Made by a program: the position numbers and the translations under genes
Notes under the pieces: generated by a model
The model's input: only the letters and a program-made list of their open reading frames with translations
Told to the model about the DNA's origin: nothing
The model's database searches: none
Assembly: GCF_001598795.1 (NCBI RefSeq)
Contig: NZ_BCZP01000008.1
Span: 120,001-152,000, forward strand
Length of the DNA: 32,000 nucleotides
From: Delftia acidovorans NBRC 14950
GTDB lineage: Bacteria; Pseudomonadota; Gammaproteobacteria; Burkholderiales; Burkholderiaceae_C
Direction: 5' to 3'
Shown here: positions 6,360 to 15,535 of the stretch, one piece after another
How positions within the stretch are numbered: position 1 is the stretch's first letter
Layout of the letters: each line of letters begins with the position of its first letter

Positions 6360-9300
6360 TCAGTCCTTGCGCACGGTGTAGATCAGGTCCAGCGCGCTGG
6401 TTTCCCCGGTCTGGCCGCGCAGGGTGAGGCGGCGCGAGAGGTCGTAGAAGATGTACAGCGTGCCCATGGCGCCCGAGAGGCTTTGCTCGTAGGTGACGTA
6501 GAGATCGCTGGACAGGCGCTTGCCCAGGGTGAGGGCGGCGCCGGTGGAGCCTTCGCCGCCCGGTCCCTTGAAGCCGATTTCGTCCAGGCCCAGGTTGCTG
6601 GCGATCTTGCCGCTGTTGTTGCGCCCGCCGCTGAGCAGGGACAGCGCGGCCTGCTGGAGCAGGGCGCTTTCGGCGCCGCCCGTGGCGGGGTCGCGGCCCA
6701 TGACCACCCAGGAGAGCTTTTCGGCATCGGGCATTTCGGGGTCGGAGTACAGGCGCACGCGCGGGGCATTGGCCGTGCCCTGCACCTGCACGCCTGCGCG
6801 CACGGCGATGTTGGGGCGCAGCGCCAGGATGTCCAGCGAGGGGTTGGCGTAGGGGCCGTTGAAGCGGATGAGGCCGGTCTCCACGTCCAGCGACTGGCCC
6901 CAGGCGCGGTAGCGGCCCTGCACGGTGCGGATCTCGCCGGTGATGCGCGGCGGGCCGCCCGCCACGGTGGGGCCTTGAACTTCCAGCGCACCTTCCAGGC
7001 GGGTGGTGATGCCGTAGCCCTGCAGCGCGAAGTCGCGGCCCAGGTCGAGCTTGACGAGGATGTCGGGCAGCTTGATGGTTTCCGCGCGGGCCTGGGCCTT
7101 GCGGTCGGCCTGCTGCTGCTTGCGCGCCGCTTCCTGCTCGGCCTTGCGCGAGGCGGCCGAGTGCACGACCACGTCGGAGTCCAGCGAGGGGGCGGATTCC
7201 TCGGGCAGGATGATGGTGGCGCGGTCGGTGGTGAGGTCGCCGCGCAGCGTGAACTGCCCTTGCTCCAGCTTGGCCTGCAGGCCGCCGGAGATGCTGACCT
7301 GGCGGTCTGCGCGCACCAGCACCTGCAACCGGGTGGCCTGGGCGCGCAGGTCCATGCTCAGGCCGGAGTTGCTGCCATCGGCATTGGGCGGGTCCCAGCG
7401 CACGAAGCCCGAGCCCGTGAGTTCGCCGCCTTCGCGCGGTGCCGTGGTGAGGTTGCCGCTGTAGCCCAGGATGCGCGCATTGCTGCCGCGCCCGCCCTGC
7501 ATGCGCAGTTCGGTCAGGTCCAGCCGGTTGCCTTGCAGGCGGGCGCGCAGCACGCCGTTTTGCAGGTCGATGCCGTCCAGCGCGGACAGGATGCTCAGGC
7601 CGTCGGCCGAGAGATTGCCCTGCCACTGCGGGTTCTGGCGGTCACCGCTGATCTCGGCCTTGGCCTGCAGCGAGCCGGTGACGCGCCAGCCGGGCGGGGC
7701 GAACAGCGCCCAGATGCCGATGTCGGGCATGCGGGCGTCGATCTGGCCGGACAGCGGGGCCTTCTCGGGCCAGGTCCAGGTGCCGTTTTGCTGGGCCAGG
7801 CGCGTGCCCAGCTGGGCGGTCAGGGTGCCGGCGCGTTCGCTGTCCCAATCGAGCTTGGCCTGCACGTCGTCGCCTTGGGCGCGCACGCTCAGGCGGGCCT
7901 GCTTGATGTGGGCGCGCATGCCGGCGCCGCGCACGGTACGGGTGCGCACCTCACCGGGCTTGCTGGAGCGCGGGCCGGTGGTGTGGATGACGGTGGTGCC
8001 CGAGCCGTCTTCCACGGCCAGGCGCAGGTCGCCGGCGGCACGCTCGACCAGCAGTTCGGCCTTGAGCGCGGGACCGGTGGTGTCCAGGTCCCAGCGGGCG
8101 TTGAAGCTCAGGTCGCCGCTCAGGCCCATGGCGGCCAGCGGGGGCTCCTCGGCCATGGACAGGGCATCAACCCAGGCCAGCGGCAGGGCCTGGGCGCGGC
8201 CGGTGCTGCGCAGGGCCCAGCGGCCGTCGCCGCCCTGGGTGGCGCGGGTGTCGTCCCAGGCCAGCAGCACGGGCTGCGGCGCCTCGGCATTGGCGCGGCG
8301 CTGGGCCAGCGTGGGCGGCGTGACCTGCAGGCTGCCGGCCGATGCCGTGAAGGTGGTGGACAGCACGGTACGGCCCGTGGTGCGCTGGGCGATCTGCACG
8401 GGCTGTTTGCCCGCCAGTTGCACCTGCCACGGGCCGGGCAGGTCCTGGCCCGGATTCAACCGGGCCTGCAGTTTGTCGATGCTGGCCTGCCAGTCCAGGG
8501 GCGCCGCACCGCGCGCCGTGGCAAGGCCTGCCTGCAGGGCCGTGTCGATCTGCGCGGTCTGCGTGCCGCGCTTCGCCTGGCCGGTGAGGGTCAGGCTGGC
8601 CTGCTCGGGCGAGCCCTTGAGGGCCAGGTGCAGTTCGGGCAGCTCCAGCGCCTGCTCGGGCGGCGTGTTGGCGGGCAGGTAGCGCAGCTTGGCGGCCTGC
8701 AGGTCGGCCTGCAGTTGCAGGCCGCTGGCGGGCAGCGGGTCGCCCACGGCAGCCTTCATGCGCTTTTGCAGTGCGCCCCATCCGCCGCGCCAGCTGGCGT
8801 CCAGCTGGGCCTGGCCTTCGATCAGGGCGCCGGCCAGCGGGTCCTTCATGCCGGGCAGCTTGCGCAGCCATTGCGTGAGGGCGGTGAGTGACGACAGCTT
8901 GAGCTGGCTGCTGCCCTGGCCTGCGGCGGGGCTGATGTGGCCGTCCAGCGAGAGCTCGGCGCCGGGCAGCTCGGCCTTCAGCACGGTCTGCAGTTTTTGC
9001 TGTTCGGTGTCGAACTGCAGGCTGCGGCTGCGCACCGAGGCCTGCAGCGCATCAAGCTGCAGGTTCTCCAGCGAGAGCACGGGCTGGGCCCAGCGGCCCT
9101 TGGTGGCGAGTTTCTCGATGCGCAGGGGCTGGCGCTTGCCGCCTGCGGGCGCAGCTGCGGCCTGGATGTCCACGCTGAAGTCCACCTGCTGCTCTGCCGT
9201 GGTGCTGGCGCGCAGCTCGCCCTGCAGCGGTGCGGCTTCCAGGATGCTGTAGAGCGCGGCGGGATCCAGGCGCTGGACCTTGGCCTGGCCTTCGAAGACC

Positions 9301-10694
9301 TTGGTGGCGGGCTCGAATCGGCCCTGGGCGTCGATGCTGCCCGAGCCTATGGCGATCTGCGCCTGCTCCAGCAGCCACTGTTGGCCGTCATAGCGCACCG
9401 CGGCCTCGATCTGGTCCAGCGGCAGGCGCTGGCGGTCCCAGGGACCGGGCATGGCATTGTTCAGGCGTGTCGTCAGCTGCCAGGCGGTGGTGGCGATGGC
9501 CGAGCCTGGTGCCTGGTCCGATGCCTGTTCCGTGGCTGGTGCCTGGGCTGTATCAGCTGCCTTGCCATCCGGCCCGGCCTGCAATTCGCCGCTGATGCGG
9601 GTGCGCGGTCCCTGGGGCCAGAAGGCGGCGATGTCGATCTGGCTGAGCTGGGCACGCGCGGTCTGCAGCGGCTGGGGCTGCCAGGGCCGGATGCTGGCCT
9701 CGATGTCCGCATGCATGGGTTCGGACACGGGGGCGGCTTCCTTGCGCTCCCTGGCCTTGCCGTTCTTGCCATCGGCCTTGGCGGATTTCTGTACAGCGGG
9801 AGGGGTAGATGCTTCCTCGGACACCGTCCCGGGCTTGGCATCAACCTGGAGCTTGATGCCCAGTTGCGCAGCGGCGGTGGCCAGGGTGCCGTCGATCTGT
9901 GCCTTGGCCTGCACGGCCAGCGGTGCAGGTTTGGGGGCCTTGGCCGTGGAGGCCTCGTCGTCCGAAGCCAGGGCAGGCGCCTGCAGGTCGCCCTGCAGCT
10001 GGGCCTGGATGGCCATGGGCGCACGGGCCTGCAGGCGCAGCCTGGCCTGGTAGTTGCCATCGGCCCATTGCAGGTCGCGCACGTCCAGCTGGTGCTCGCT
10101 GCCGTCATAGACGTAGTGGCCTTGCAGGCCCAGTACCTCGGCCTGGGGCGGGCCTTGCCAGACGATGCGTTCCACATGGAAGGGCACGTCGATCTTCACG
10201 GGCAGCACGATCTGCTGCAGCGGCTCGACGGGTTTCTTGTCCTCGGGGTCGGGCGTGCTGGCAATGTTCAGCTCGGCGATGCGCACTTCGCCCAGGCGCA
10301 CGGTGCGCGACAGCAGGGGGCGCAATTGCCAGCCAATGGTGGCGTCGCGCAGCTCGACCTTCATAGTGGGGCTTTGCCATTGCAGCCAGCCGATGCGCCC
10401 GCCCTGGCGCACGGTGCCGGTGACTTCCTTGGCCTGCAGGCTCTGGCCTGCGGGCAGCCAGCCGGCCACGCGCTGCAGGGTGTAGGCCAGCGAATCGGCA
10501 CGGCCGGCCCACCACCAGGCGGAGCCCAGCAGGGCGGCCAGCAGCAGGACCAGGACCAGGCAGAACCAGAGCAGGGCGCGCAGCCAGCGGCGGCGCTGGG
10601 GCACGGGCGGGGGCGCCGGCTGGGGAGGGGACGCCTGGGGGCTTTGATCTGGCGCGGCGGAGGAGGCAGGGGTATTCAAGCGGGAATCCACCAT
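6360..10694 (-). CDS. tamB: translocation and assembly module subunit TamB (DUF490 C-terminus)
   Basis: The 1444-aa protein starts at MVDSRLNTP... (Met263 of track ORF 6360..11480), 2 nt after the tamA stop. It has an N-terminal membrane anchor (WLRALLWFCLVLVLLLAALLGSAWWW). The C-terminus, ...LIRFNGPYANPSLDILALRPN...RVRLYSDPEMPDAEKLSWVVMG...LTLGKRLSSDLYVTYEQSL...LYIFYDLSRRLTLRG, is typical of TamB/DUF490. Confidence 0.85.
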   Translation of the reverse strand: MVDSRLNTPASSAAPDQSPQASPPQPAPPPVPQRRRWLRALLWFCLVLVLLLAALLGSAWWWAGRADSLAYTLQRVAGWLPAGQSLQAKEVTGTVRQGGRIGWLQWQSPTMKVELRDATIGWQLRPLLSRTVRLGEVRIAELNIASTPDPEDKKPVEPLQQIVLPVKIDVPFHVERIVWQGPPQAEVLGLQGHYVYDGSEHQLDVRDLQWADGNYQARLRLQARAPMAIQAQLQGDLQAPALASDDEASTAKAPKPAPLAVQAKAQIDGTLATAAAQLGIKLQVDAKPGTVSEEASTPPAVQKSAKADGKNGKARERKEAAPVSEPMHADIEASIRPWQPQPLQTARAQLSQIDIAAFWPQGPRTRISGELQAGPDGKAADTAQAPATEQASDQAPGSAIATTAWQLTTRLNNAMPGPWDRQRLPLDQIEAAVRYDGQQWLLEQAQIAIGSGSIDAQGRFEPATKVFEGQAKVQRLDPAALYSILEAAPLQGELRASTTAEQQVDFSVDIQAAAAPAGGKRQPLRIEKLATKGRWAQPVLSLENLQLDALQASVRSRSLQFDTEQQKLQTVLKAELPGAELSLDGHISPAAGQGSSQLKLSSLTALTQWLRKLPGMKDPLAGALIEGQAQLDASWRGGWGALQKRMKAAVGDPLPASGLQLQADLQAAKLRYLPANTPPEQALELPELHLALKGSPEQASLTLTGQAKRGTQTAQIDTALQAGLATARGAAPLDWQASIDKLQARLNPGQDLPGPWQVQLAGKQPVQIAQRTTGRTVLSTTFTASAGSLQVTPPTLAQRRANAEAPQPVLLAWDDTRATQGGDGRWALRSTGRAQALPLAWVDALSMAEEPPLAAMGLSGDLSFNARWDLDTTGPALKAELLVERAAGDLRLAVEDGSGTTVIHTTGPRSSKPGEVRTRTVRGAGMRAHIKQARLSVRAQGDDVQAKLDWDSERAGTLTAQLGTRLAQQNGTWTWPEKAPLSGQIDARMPDIGIWALFAPPGWRVTGSLQAKAEISGDRQNPQWQGNLSADGLSILSALDGIDLQNGVLRARLQGNRLDLTELRMQGGRGSNARILGYSGNLTTAPREGGELTGSGFVRWDPPNADGSNSGLSMDLRAQATRLQVLVRADRQVSISGGLQAKLEQGQFTLRGDLTTDRATIILPEESAPSLDSDVVVHSAASRKAEQEAARKQQQADRKAQARAETIKLPDILVKLDLGRDFALQGYGITTRLEGALEVQGPTVAGGPPRITGEIRTVQGRYRAWGQSLDVETGLIRFNGPYANPSLDILALRPNIAVRAGVQVQGTANAPRVRLYSDPEMPDAEKLSWVVMGRDPATGGAESALLQQAALSLLSGGRNNSGKIASNLGLDEIGFKGPGGEGSTGAALTLGKRLSSDLYVTYEQSLSGAMGTLYIFYDLSRRLTLRGQTGETSALDLIYTVRKD

Positions 10695-10696
10695 GG

Positions 10697-12619
10697 TCAG
10701 AAGTTGAAGCCCAGGCGCAGGTGCAGGCGCAGCTGTTTTTCCTGGGCGCCCCAGGCGATGTCGGCCTGCACGGGGCCCACGGGGCTGCGCCAGCGCAGGC
10801 CGGTGCCCACGCCCACGCGCATGTACATGGAGTCGGGCGCATCGCCCACGGTGCCAGCGTCCAGGAAGACGGCGTGCTCCCAGTCCTGCGTGTTGCCCTT
10901 GATGACGATGGGCCGCTGCCACTCGATGCTGCCCACGGCCATGTAGCGCCCGCCGATGACCTTGCCGCTGTCGGTGCGTGCACCGATGCTCTGGTAGCCG
11001 TAGCCGCGCACGGTGTTGTCGCCGCCCGTGATGAACAGCTGGGTGACGGGCAGGTCGACATCCTTGCGGGCCAGCACGGCGCCGCCGGAGGCGCGCAGCG
11101 CCAGGCGGCTGCGGCGCTTGGTCTCGGGATCGACCTCGCCGATGGGAATCAGGCTGAGCCAGCGGCCCGAGACGCGGCCGAACGGCGTGCGCTGGGGCGT
11201 GAGCGTGGTGCCCGCGCCGACTTCCCAGGCAAAGCCGAAGCCCGAGGAGGGCGCCAGCGTGCTGTCGAAGTAGCGCCCGGTCCAGCCGTAGTTGGCCGTG
11301 ACCGACGAGCTGGACGGGGGCGCGCCCTCGCCCTGGGTCTTGGCGTAGTCGTACTGCAGGTAGTAGTTGCGGTCGATGTGGTCTTCGGACTTGGTGCGGC
11401 CGGCGCGCAGCTGCAGGCTGTTGACATCGAAGTCGCCCGAGGGCGCGCGCTCGGCCTTGGCCGTGGTGAACCAGCGCCACAGGGTTTCATCGGGCAGGGC
11501 GGTCCACTGCGTGGAGATCAGCGGGTTCTTGCGGTCGAAGCGCATGCGCGTGACGGCACGCCAGCCCAGCCAGGGCAGGCGGTTGTGGATGTGGTCCACG
11601 CTCAGGCGCGGGCCGGTGTCGGTGCTCATGCCCACGCCGAAGACCCATTTCTGCATCTGGGCCTCGCGCACCTGGGCGATGACGGGCGTGGTGACCTGGG
11701 CGCCCTTGCGCTTGATGGCCTCCTCATCCTCGGCGGCGCTTTCTCCCTGCTGGGGCACGTTGGCCAGCGTGAGGAAGACGGAGTCGTAGTAGCCGCTGCT
11801 GGCCAGGCGCAGCTGGGCATCGACCAGGGCGGTCTGGTCGTATTCCTCGCCCTCGGGCAGGCGTGCGATGCGGGCCGTGCCCACGGGGTCGTAGCGCTGG
11901 GCGCCTTCGATGCGCAGCGGGCCGAAGGTGTAGGCCGGGCCGGGCGCATAGGCCACGCTGACATCGGCCTCATGCGTGTCGGCGTCGATGTCGGCCAGGC
12001 TGGAGTCGATGCGCGCCAGCGGGTAGCGGCGCGACTGCAGCGTGCGCAGGCCCTGGCTCTTGGCCTGGCTCCAGTTGGCCTGGCTGAAGCGCTGGCCGGG
12101 CTGCAGCGGCCAGTCCTCTTCGATGGTGGCGCGCTGGGAGGCGCCGTCGGGATCATCGGCATTGACGCCCGCAAAGCGTACCTGGCTGCGCGCAATGGTG
12201 GCGGGCTCGCCCGGGTCCACCTTGACGGTGACCTGCAGCGGGGCCTCTTCGGATTCGGGCGTTTCCTTGATCTCCACCGTGACCGTGGGGCTGAAGTAGC
12301 CCAGCGTGCCGATCAGGTCGCGCACGTTGGCGTCGGTGGCGCCCAGCAGCCGCGTGAGTTCGCGCCGCTGCAGATCGCTCTGGTAGCGGTAGCGGCGCAG
12401 TTCGAGGTGCTTTTCCAGCAGCTCGCGCACTTCCTTGGGCGCATCGACGACGAGCGAGAAGGCCGGGTCGCCGGTCGCTGCAATCAGCGACGGGTCCGTG
12501 TCCTTGTCATCATTCTTGGACGGCAGGAGGCTGCAGCCACCGAGCATCAGGGCTGCACTCAACAGAAACAAAAACGCCGGCCCTCGGGCCGGCGCTGTCG
12601 CGGGGGGGAGCTTGGGCAT
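10697..12619 (-). CDS. tamA: TamA / BamA-family (Omp85, surface antigen D15) outer-membrane protein
   Basis: The 640-aa protein has POTRA-like N-terminal repeats and a C-terminal beta-barrel region (...ITGGDNTVRGYGYQSIG...GLRWRSPVGPVQADIAWG...RLHLRLGFNF, ending in an aromatic residue). It lies immediately upstream of tamB. The N-terminus has a lipobox-like LMLGGC. Confidence 0.85.
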   Translation of the reverse strand: MPKLPPATAPARGPAFLFLLSAALMLGGCSLLPSKNDDKDTDPSLIAATGDPAFSLVVDAPKEVRELLEKHLELRRYRYQSDLQRRELTRLLGATDANVRDLIGTLGYFSPTVTVEIKETPESEEAPLQVTVKVDPGEPATIARSQVRFAGVNADDPDGASQRATIEEDWPLQPGQRFSQANWSQAKSQGLRTLQSRRYPLARIDSSLADIDADTHEADVSVAYAPGPAYTFGPLRIEGAQRYDPVGTARIARLPEGEEYDQTALVDAQLRLASSGYYDSVFLTLANVPQQGESAAEDEEAIKRKGAQVTTPVIAQVREAQMQKWVFGVGMSTDTGPRLSVDHIHNRLPWLGWRAVTRMRFDRKNPLISTQWTALPDETLWRWFTTAKAERAPSGDFDVNSLQLRAGRTKSEDHIDRNYYLQYDYAKTQGEGAPPSSSSVTANYGWTGRYFDSTLAPSSGFGFAWEVGAGTTLTPQRTPFGRVSGRWLSLIPIGEVDPETKRRSRLALRASGGAVLARKDVDLPVTQLFITGGDNTVRGYGYQSIGARTDSGKVIGGRYMAVGSIEWQRPIVIKGNTQDWEHAVFLDAGTVGDAPDSMYMRVGVGTGLRWRSPVGPVQADIAWGAQEKQLRLHLRLGFNF

Positions 12620-12623
12620 CGGC

Positions 12624-13811
12624 CTATTTTGACAGCAGGCGCATGGCGTCTTCCAGACCTTTGAGTGTCAAAGGGTACATGCGGTTGCCCGTGAGCTGCT
12701 GGATGATGCTGATGCTCTGGCGGTACTGCCAGACGCCGGGCGGCTCGGGGTTGATCCAGGCAAAGCGCGGGAAGGCATGCGTCAGGCGCTGCAGCCATTC
12801 GGCGCCGGGCTCCTCGTTCATGTACTCCACGCTGCCGCCGGGCTGCAGGATCTCGTAGGGGCTCATGGTGGCGTCGCCCACGAAGATCAGCTTGTAGTCC
12901 TTGTTGTACTTGCGGATGATGTCCCAGGTCGGAAACTTCTCGGCGAAGCGGCGGCGGTTGTTCTTCCACATGAAGTCGTAGACGCAGTTGTGGAAGTAGT
13001 AGAACTCCAGGTGCTTGAACTCGCTCTTGACGGCGGAGAACAGCTCTTCCACGCGCTGCACATGCTCGTCCATGGTGCCGCCCACGTCCATGAGCAGCAG
13101 CACCTTCACGTTGTTGTGGCGCTCCGGGATCATCTTGATGTCCAGGTAGCCCGCGTTGGCGGCCGTGCTGCGGATGGTGTCGGGCAGGTCCAGCTCCAGC
13201 TCGCCGCCTTCGCGCGCGAACTTACGCAGCCGGCGCAGCGCGACCTTGATATTGCGCGTGCCCAGTTCCTGCGTGTCGTCGTAGTCGCGGTAGGCGCGCT
13301 GCTCCCAGACCTTGACGGCGCTCTTGTTGCGGCCCGGCCCGCCGATGCGCACGCCGGCCGGGTTGTAGCCGCCGTGGCCGAAGGGGCTGGTGCCGCCCGT
13401 GCCTATCCACTTGTTGCCGCCTTCGTGCCGCTCCTTTTGCTCTTCGAGCCGCTTCTTGAGCGTCTCCATCAGCTCGTCCCAGCCCATGGCCTCGATGGCG
13501 GCCTTTTCCTCGGGCGAGAGCTCGCGCTCCAGCAGCTTCTTCAGCCAGTCCTGGGGAATTTCGCGCGTGAGGTCGGCCACCATCTCCACGCCCTTGAAGT
13601 AGGCGGCAAAGGCGCGGTCGTACTTGTCGTAGTGCTTCTCGTCCTTGACCAGCACGGTGCGGCCCAGGTGGTAGAAGTCGTCCAGGCTCCAGGCGTCGTC
13701 GCTCTTGGGGCCGACCACGCCAGCCTGCAGTGCCTCCAGCAGGGTCAGGAACTCCTTGACCGAGACGGGCAGCTTGGCCGCGCGCATGGTGTAGAAGAAG
13801 TCGATCAGCAT
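12624..13811 (-). CDS. VWA domain-containing CoxE-like protein (partner of the MoxR ATPase)
   Basis: The 395-aa protein begins MLIDFFYTMRAAKLPVSVKEFLTLLEAL. It has a later VWA/MIDAS-like block (VLLLMDVGGTMDEH ... LIFVGDATMSPYE). It occurs in the same array as a MoxR-class AAA+ gene. Confidence 0.8.
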   Translation of the reverse strand: MLIDFFYTMRAAKLPVSVKEFLTLLEALQAGVVGPKSDDAWSLDDFYHLGRTVLVKDEKHYDKYDRAFAAYFKGVEMVADLTREIPQDWLKKLLERELSPEEKAAIEAMGWDELMETLKKRLEEQKERHEGGNKWIGTGGTSPFGHGGYNPAGVRIGGPGRNKSAVKVWEQRAYRDYDDTQELGTRNIKVALRRLRKFAREGGELELDLPDTIRSTAANAGYLDIKMIPERHNNVKVLLLMDVGGTMDEHVQRVEELFSAVKSEFKHLEFYYFHNCVYDFMWKNNRRRFAEKFPTWDIIRKYNKDYKLIFVGDATMSPYEILQPGGSVEYMNEEPGAEWLQRLTHAFPRFAWINPEPPGVWQYRQSISIIQQLTGNRMYPLTLKGLEDAMRLLSK

Positions 13812-13842
13812 GGCATCTCCCGAAGGCCCGGCGTACGCGCCC

Positions 13843-14553
13843 TCATGTGCGCGCCACGGCGGTGCTGCCGTCCGAATGGCGCTGCAACTGGTCCAGCAGC
13901 TGGGCGCGCGACTCGGGCCATTCGCCGCTGCGCAGGCTGTACATCACGGTGTCGCGGATGGTGCCGTCGCGGCGCAGCGCGTGGCCGCGGATCACGCCGT
14001 CCTTCCTGGCGCCCAGGCGCTCGATGGCGCGCTGGCTGGCGAAGTTGAAGCAGTCCGTGCGCCAGCCCACCACATGGCAGGACAGCGTGTCGAACGCATG
14101 GCCCATGAGCATGAGCTTGGCCGAGGTGTTGACATGGGTGCGCTGCACGCTGCGCGCGTACCAGGTGTAGCCGATCTCCACGCGGCGCACCTCGGGCAGG
14201 ATGTCGTGGTAGCTGCTGGTGCCCAGCACCTTGCCGCTGTCGTCGTCCAGCACGGCAAAGGCGAAGCGCTTGCCCTGGCTGCGCTGCTCCAGCGCGGCTT
14301 CGATATAGGCACGCACATCACCGGGCTCCGGCGCGGACGTCACGCGGATGCGCCACAGCTGGCCGTCCTGCACGGCCTCGCGCAGCCCGGCTTCATGGGC
14401 GAGGGCCAGGGGCTCCAGCCGCACGCCGTTGAAGCGCATGACCACGGGTCGCACAAAGCCCTGGTGCGCCACCGCGCCGGCCACGGGAATGGTCGTCACC
14501 TGGCCGGTGAGGGCCGGCACGCCCGTGTCGTTGGTGTGTTCGGGATGGGGCAT
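13843..14553 (-). CDS. GNAT family N-acetyltransferase (RimJ/RimL-like)
   Basis: The block EIGYTWYARSVQRTHVNTSAKLMLMGHAFDTL...VGWRTDCFNFASQRAIERLGARKDGVIRGH...DGTIRDTVMYS matches the Acetyltransf_3 type pattern. The start is not certain (a ~35-aa N-terminal extension is possible). Confidence 0.75.
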   Translation of the reverse strand: MPHPEHTNDTGVPALTGQVTTIPVAGAVAHQGFVRPVVMRFNGVRLEPLALAHEAGLREAVQDGQLWRIRVTSAPEPGDVRAYIEAALEQRSQGKRFAFAVLDDDSGKVLGTSSYHDILPEVRRVEIGYTWYARSVQRTHVNTSAKLMLMGHAFDTLSCHVVGWRTDCFNFASQRAIERLGARKDGVIRGHALRRDGTIRDTVMYSLRSGEWPESRAQLLDQLQRHSDGSTAVART

Positions 14554-14564
14554 GGGCGCAGGCC

Positions 14565-15419
14565 TCAGCGGTTGCGCTGGTTCATGAAGACCAGCTTCTC
14601 GAACAGGCTCACATCCTGCTCGTTCTTGAGCAGGGCGCCCACCAGCGGCGGCACGGCGACCTTGCCCTCGGCGGTCTGCAGAGACTCCACGGGAATGTCC
14701 TCGGCCACCAGCAGCTTGAGCCAGTCGATCAGCTCGCTGGTGGAGGGCTTCTTCTTGAGGCCGGGCAGGTTGCGCACGTCGTAGAACACCTTCATCGCGG
14801 CGGTCAGCAGCTCGCCCTGCAGCTTGGGGAAGTGCACGGCCACGATCTGGCGCATGGTGTCGGCGTCGGGGAACTTGATGTAGTGGAAGAAGCAGCGGCG
14901 CAGGAAGGCGTCGGGCAGCTCCTTTTCGTTGTTGGAGGTGATGAACACCAGCGGCCGGTGCTTGGCGCGGATCATCTCGCGCGTCTCGTAGCAGTAGAAC
15001 TCCATGCGGTCGATCTCGCGCAGCAGATCGTTCGGGAATTCAATGTCGGCCTTGTCGATCTCGTCGATCAGTAGGGCCACGGGCCGGTCTGCCGTGAAGG
15101 CCTGCCACAGCACGCCTTTGATGATGTAGTTGTGGATGTCCTTGACGCGCTCGCCGCCGTCGATGTCGGACAGCTGCGAGTCGCGCAGGCGGCTGACGGC
15201 GTCGTATTCGTACAGCCCCTGCTGGGCCTTGGTGGTGGACTTGATGTGCCACTGCAGCAGCGGCATGTCCAGCGCTGCGGCCACTTCCTCGGCCAGCATG
15301 GTCTTGCCCGTGCCGGGCTCTCCCTTGACCAGCAGCGGGCGCTGCAAGGTGGCTGCGGCATTCACCGCGAGCATCAAATCCTGGGTGGCGACGTAGTTCT
15401 CGGAACCTTGAAATTTCAT
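14565..15419 (-). CDS. MoxR-like AAA+ ATPase
   Basis: Walker A is LLVKGEPGTGKTMLAEE and Walker B is ALLIDEIDKAD. The block FITSNNEKELPDAFLRRC and the 284-aa length are typical of the MoxR/CoxD class. Confidence 0.85.
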   Translation of the reverse strand: MKFQGSENYVATQDLMLAVNAAATLQRPLLVKGEPGTGKTMLAEEVAAALDMPLLQWHIKSTTKAQQGLYEYDAVSRLRDSQLSDIDGGERVKDIHNYIIKGVLWQAFTADRPVALLIDEIDKADIEFPNDLLREIDRMEFYCYETREMIRAKHRPLVFITSNNEKELPDAFLRRCFFHYIKFPDADTMRQIVAVHFPKLQGELLTAAMKVFYDVRNLPGLKKKPSTSELIDWLKLLVAEDIPVESLQTAEGKVAVPPLVGALLKNEQDVSLFEKLVFMNQRNR

Positions 15420-15535
15420 GGGCGGTATCAGCGTAAGTATTGATGGGGACGCTTGACGGTGACTGCCATAATCGTTCGCGCTACCCGCTCAGCAGTAGGC
15501 ATCCGTCAGAACTCTTGAAGGATTGTGCGCGCAAA

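Noticed and set aside
6027-8891. Very long plus-strand ORFs antisense to tamB/tamA: 954 aa at 6027..8891, 669 aa at 8937..10946 and 647 aa at 10721..12664. Similar shadows lie at 12777..14048, 18536..20368, 23491..24747 and 26272..28296.
   Set aside because: Their products are Ala/Gly/Arg/Gln low-complexity strings with no motifs. They lie opposite genes with unmistakable family signatures. ORF 6027..8891 even reads through the tRNA gene. Long stop-free antisense frames are expected in DNA of this GC content.
10695-11480. N-terminal 262-codon extension of the tamB ORF (track ORF 6360..11480), fully overlapping tamA.
   Set aside because: The extension is Arg/His/Gly-rich nonsense in a frame overlapping the TamA barrel-coding region. 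The Met at 10694 sits 2 nt after the tamA stop and is followed by a typical TamB membrane anchor.
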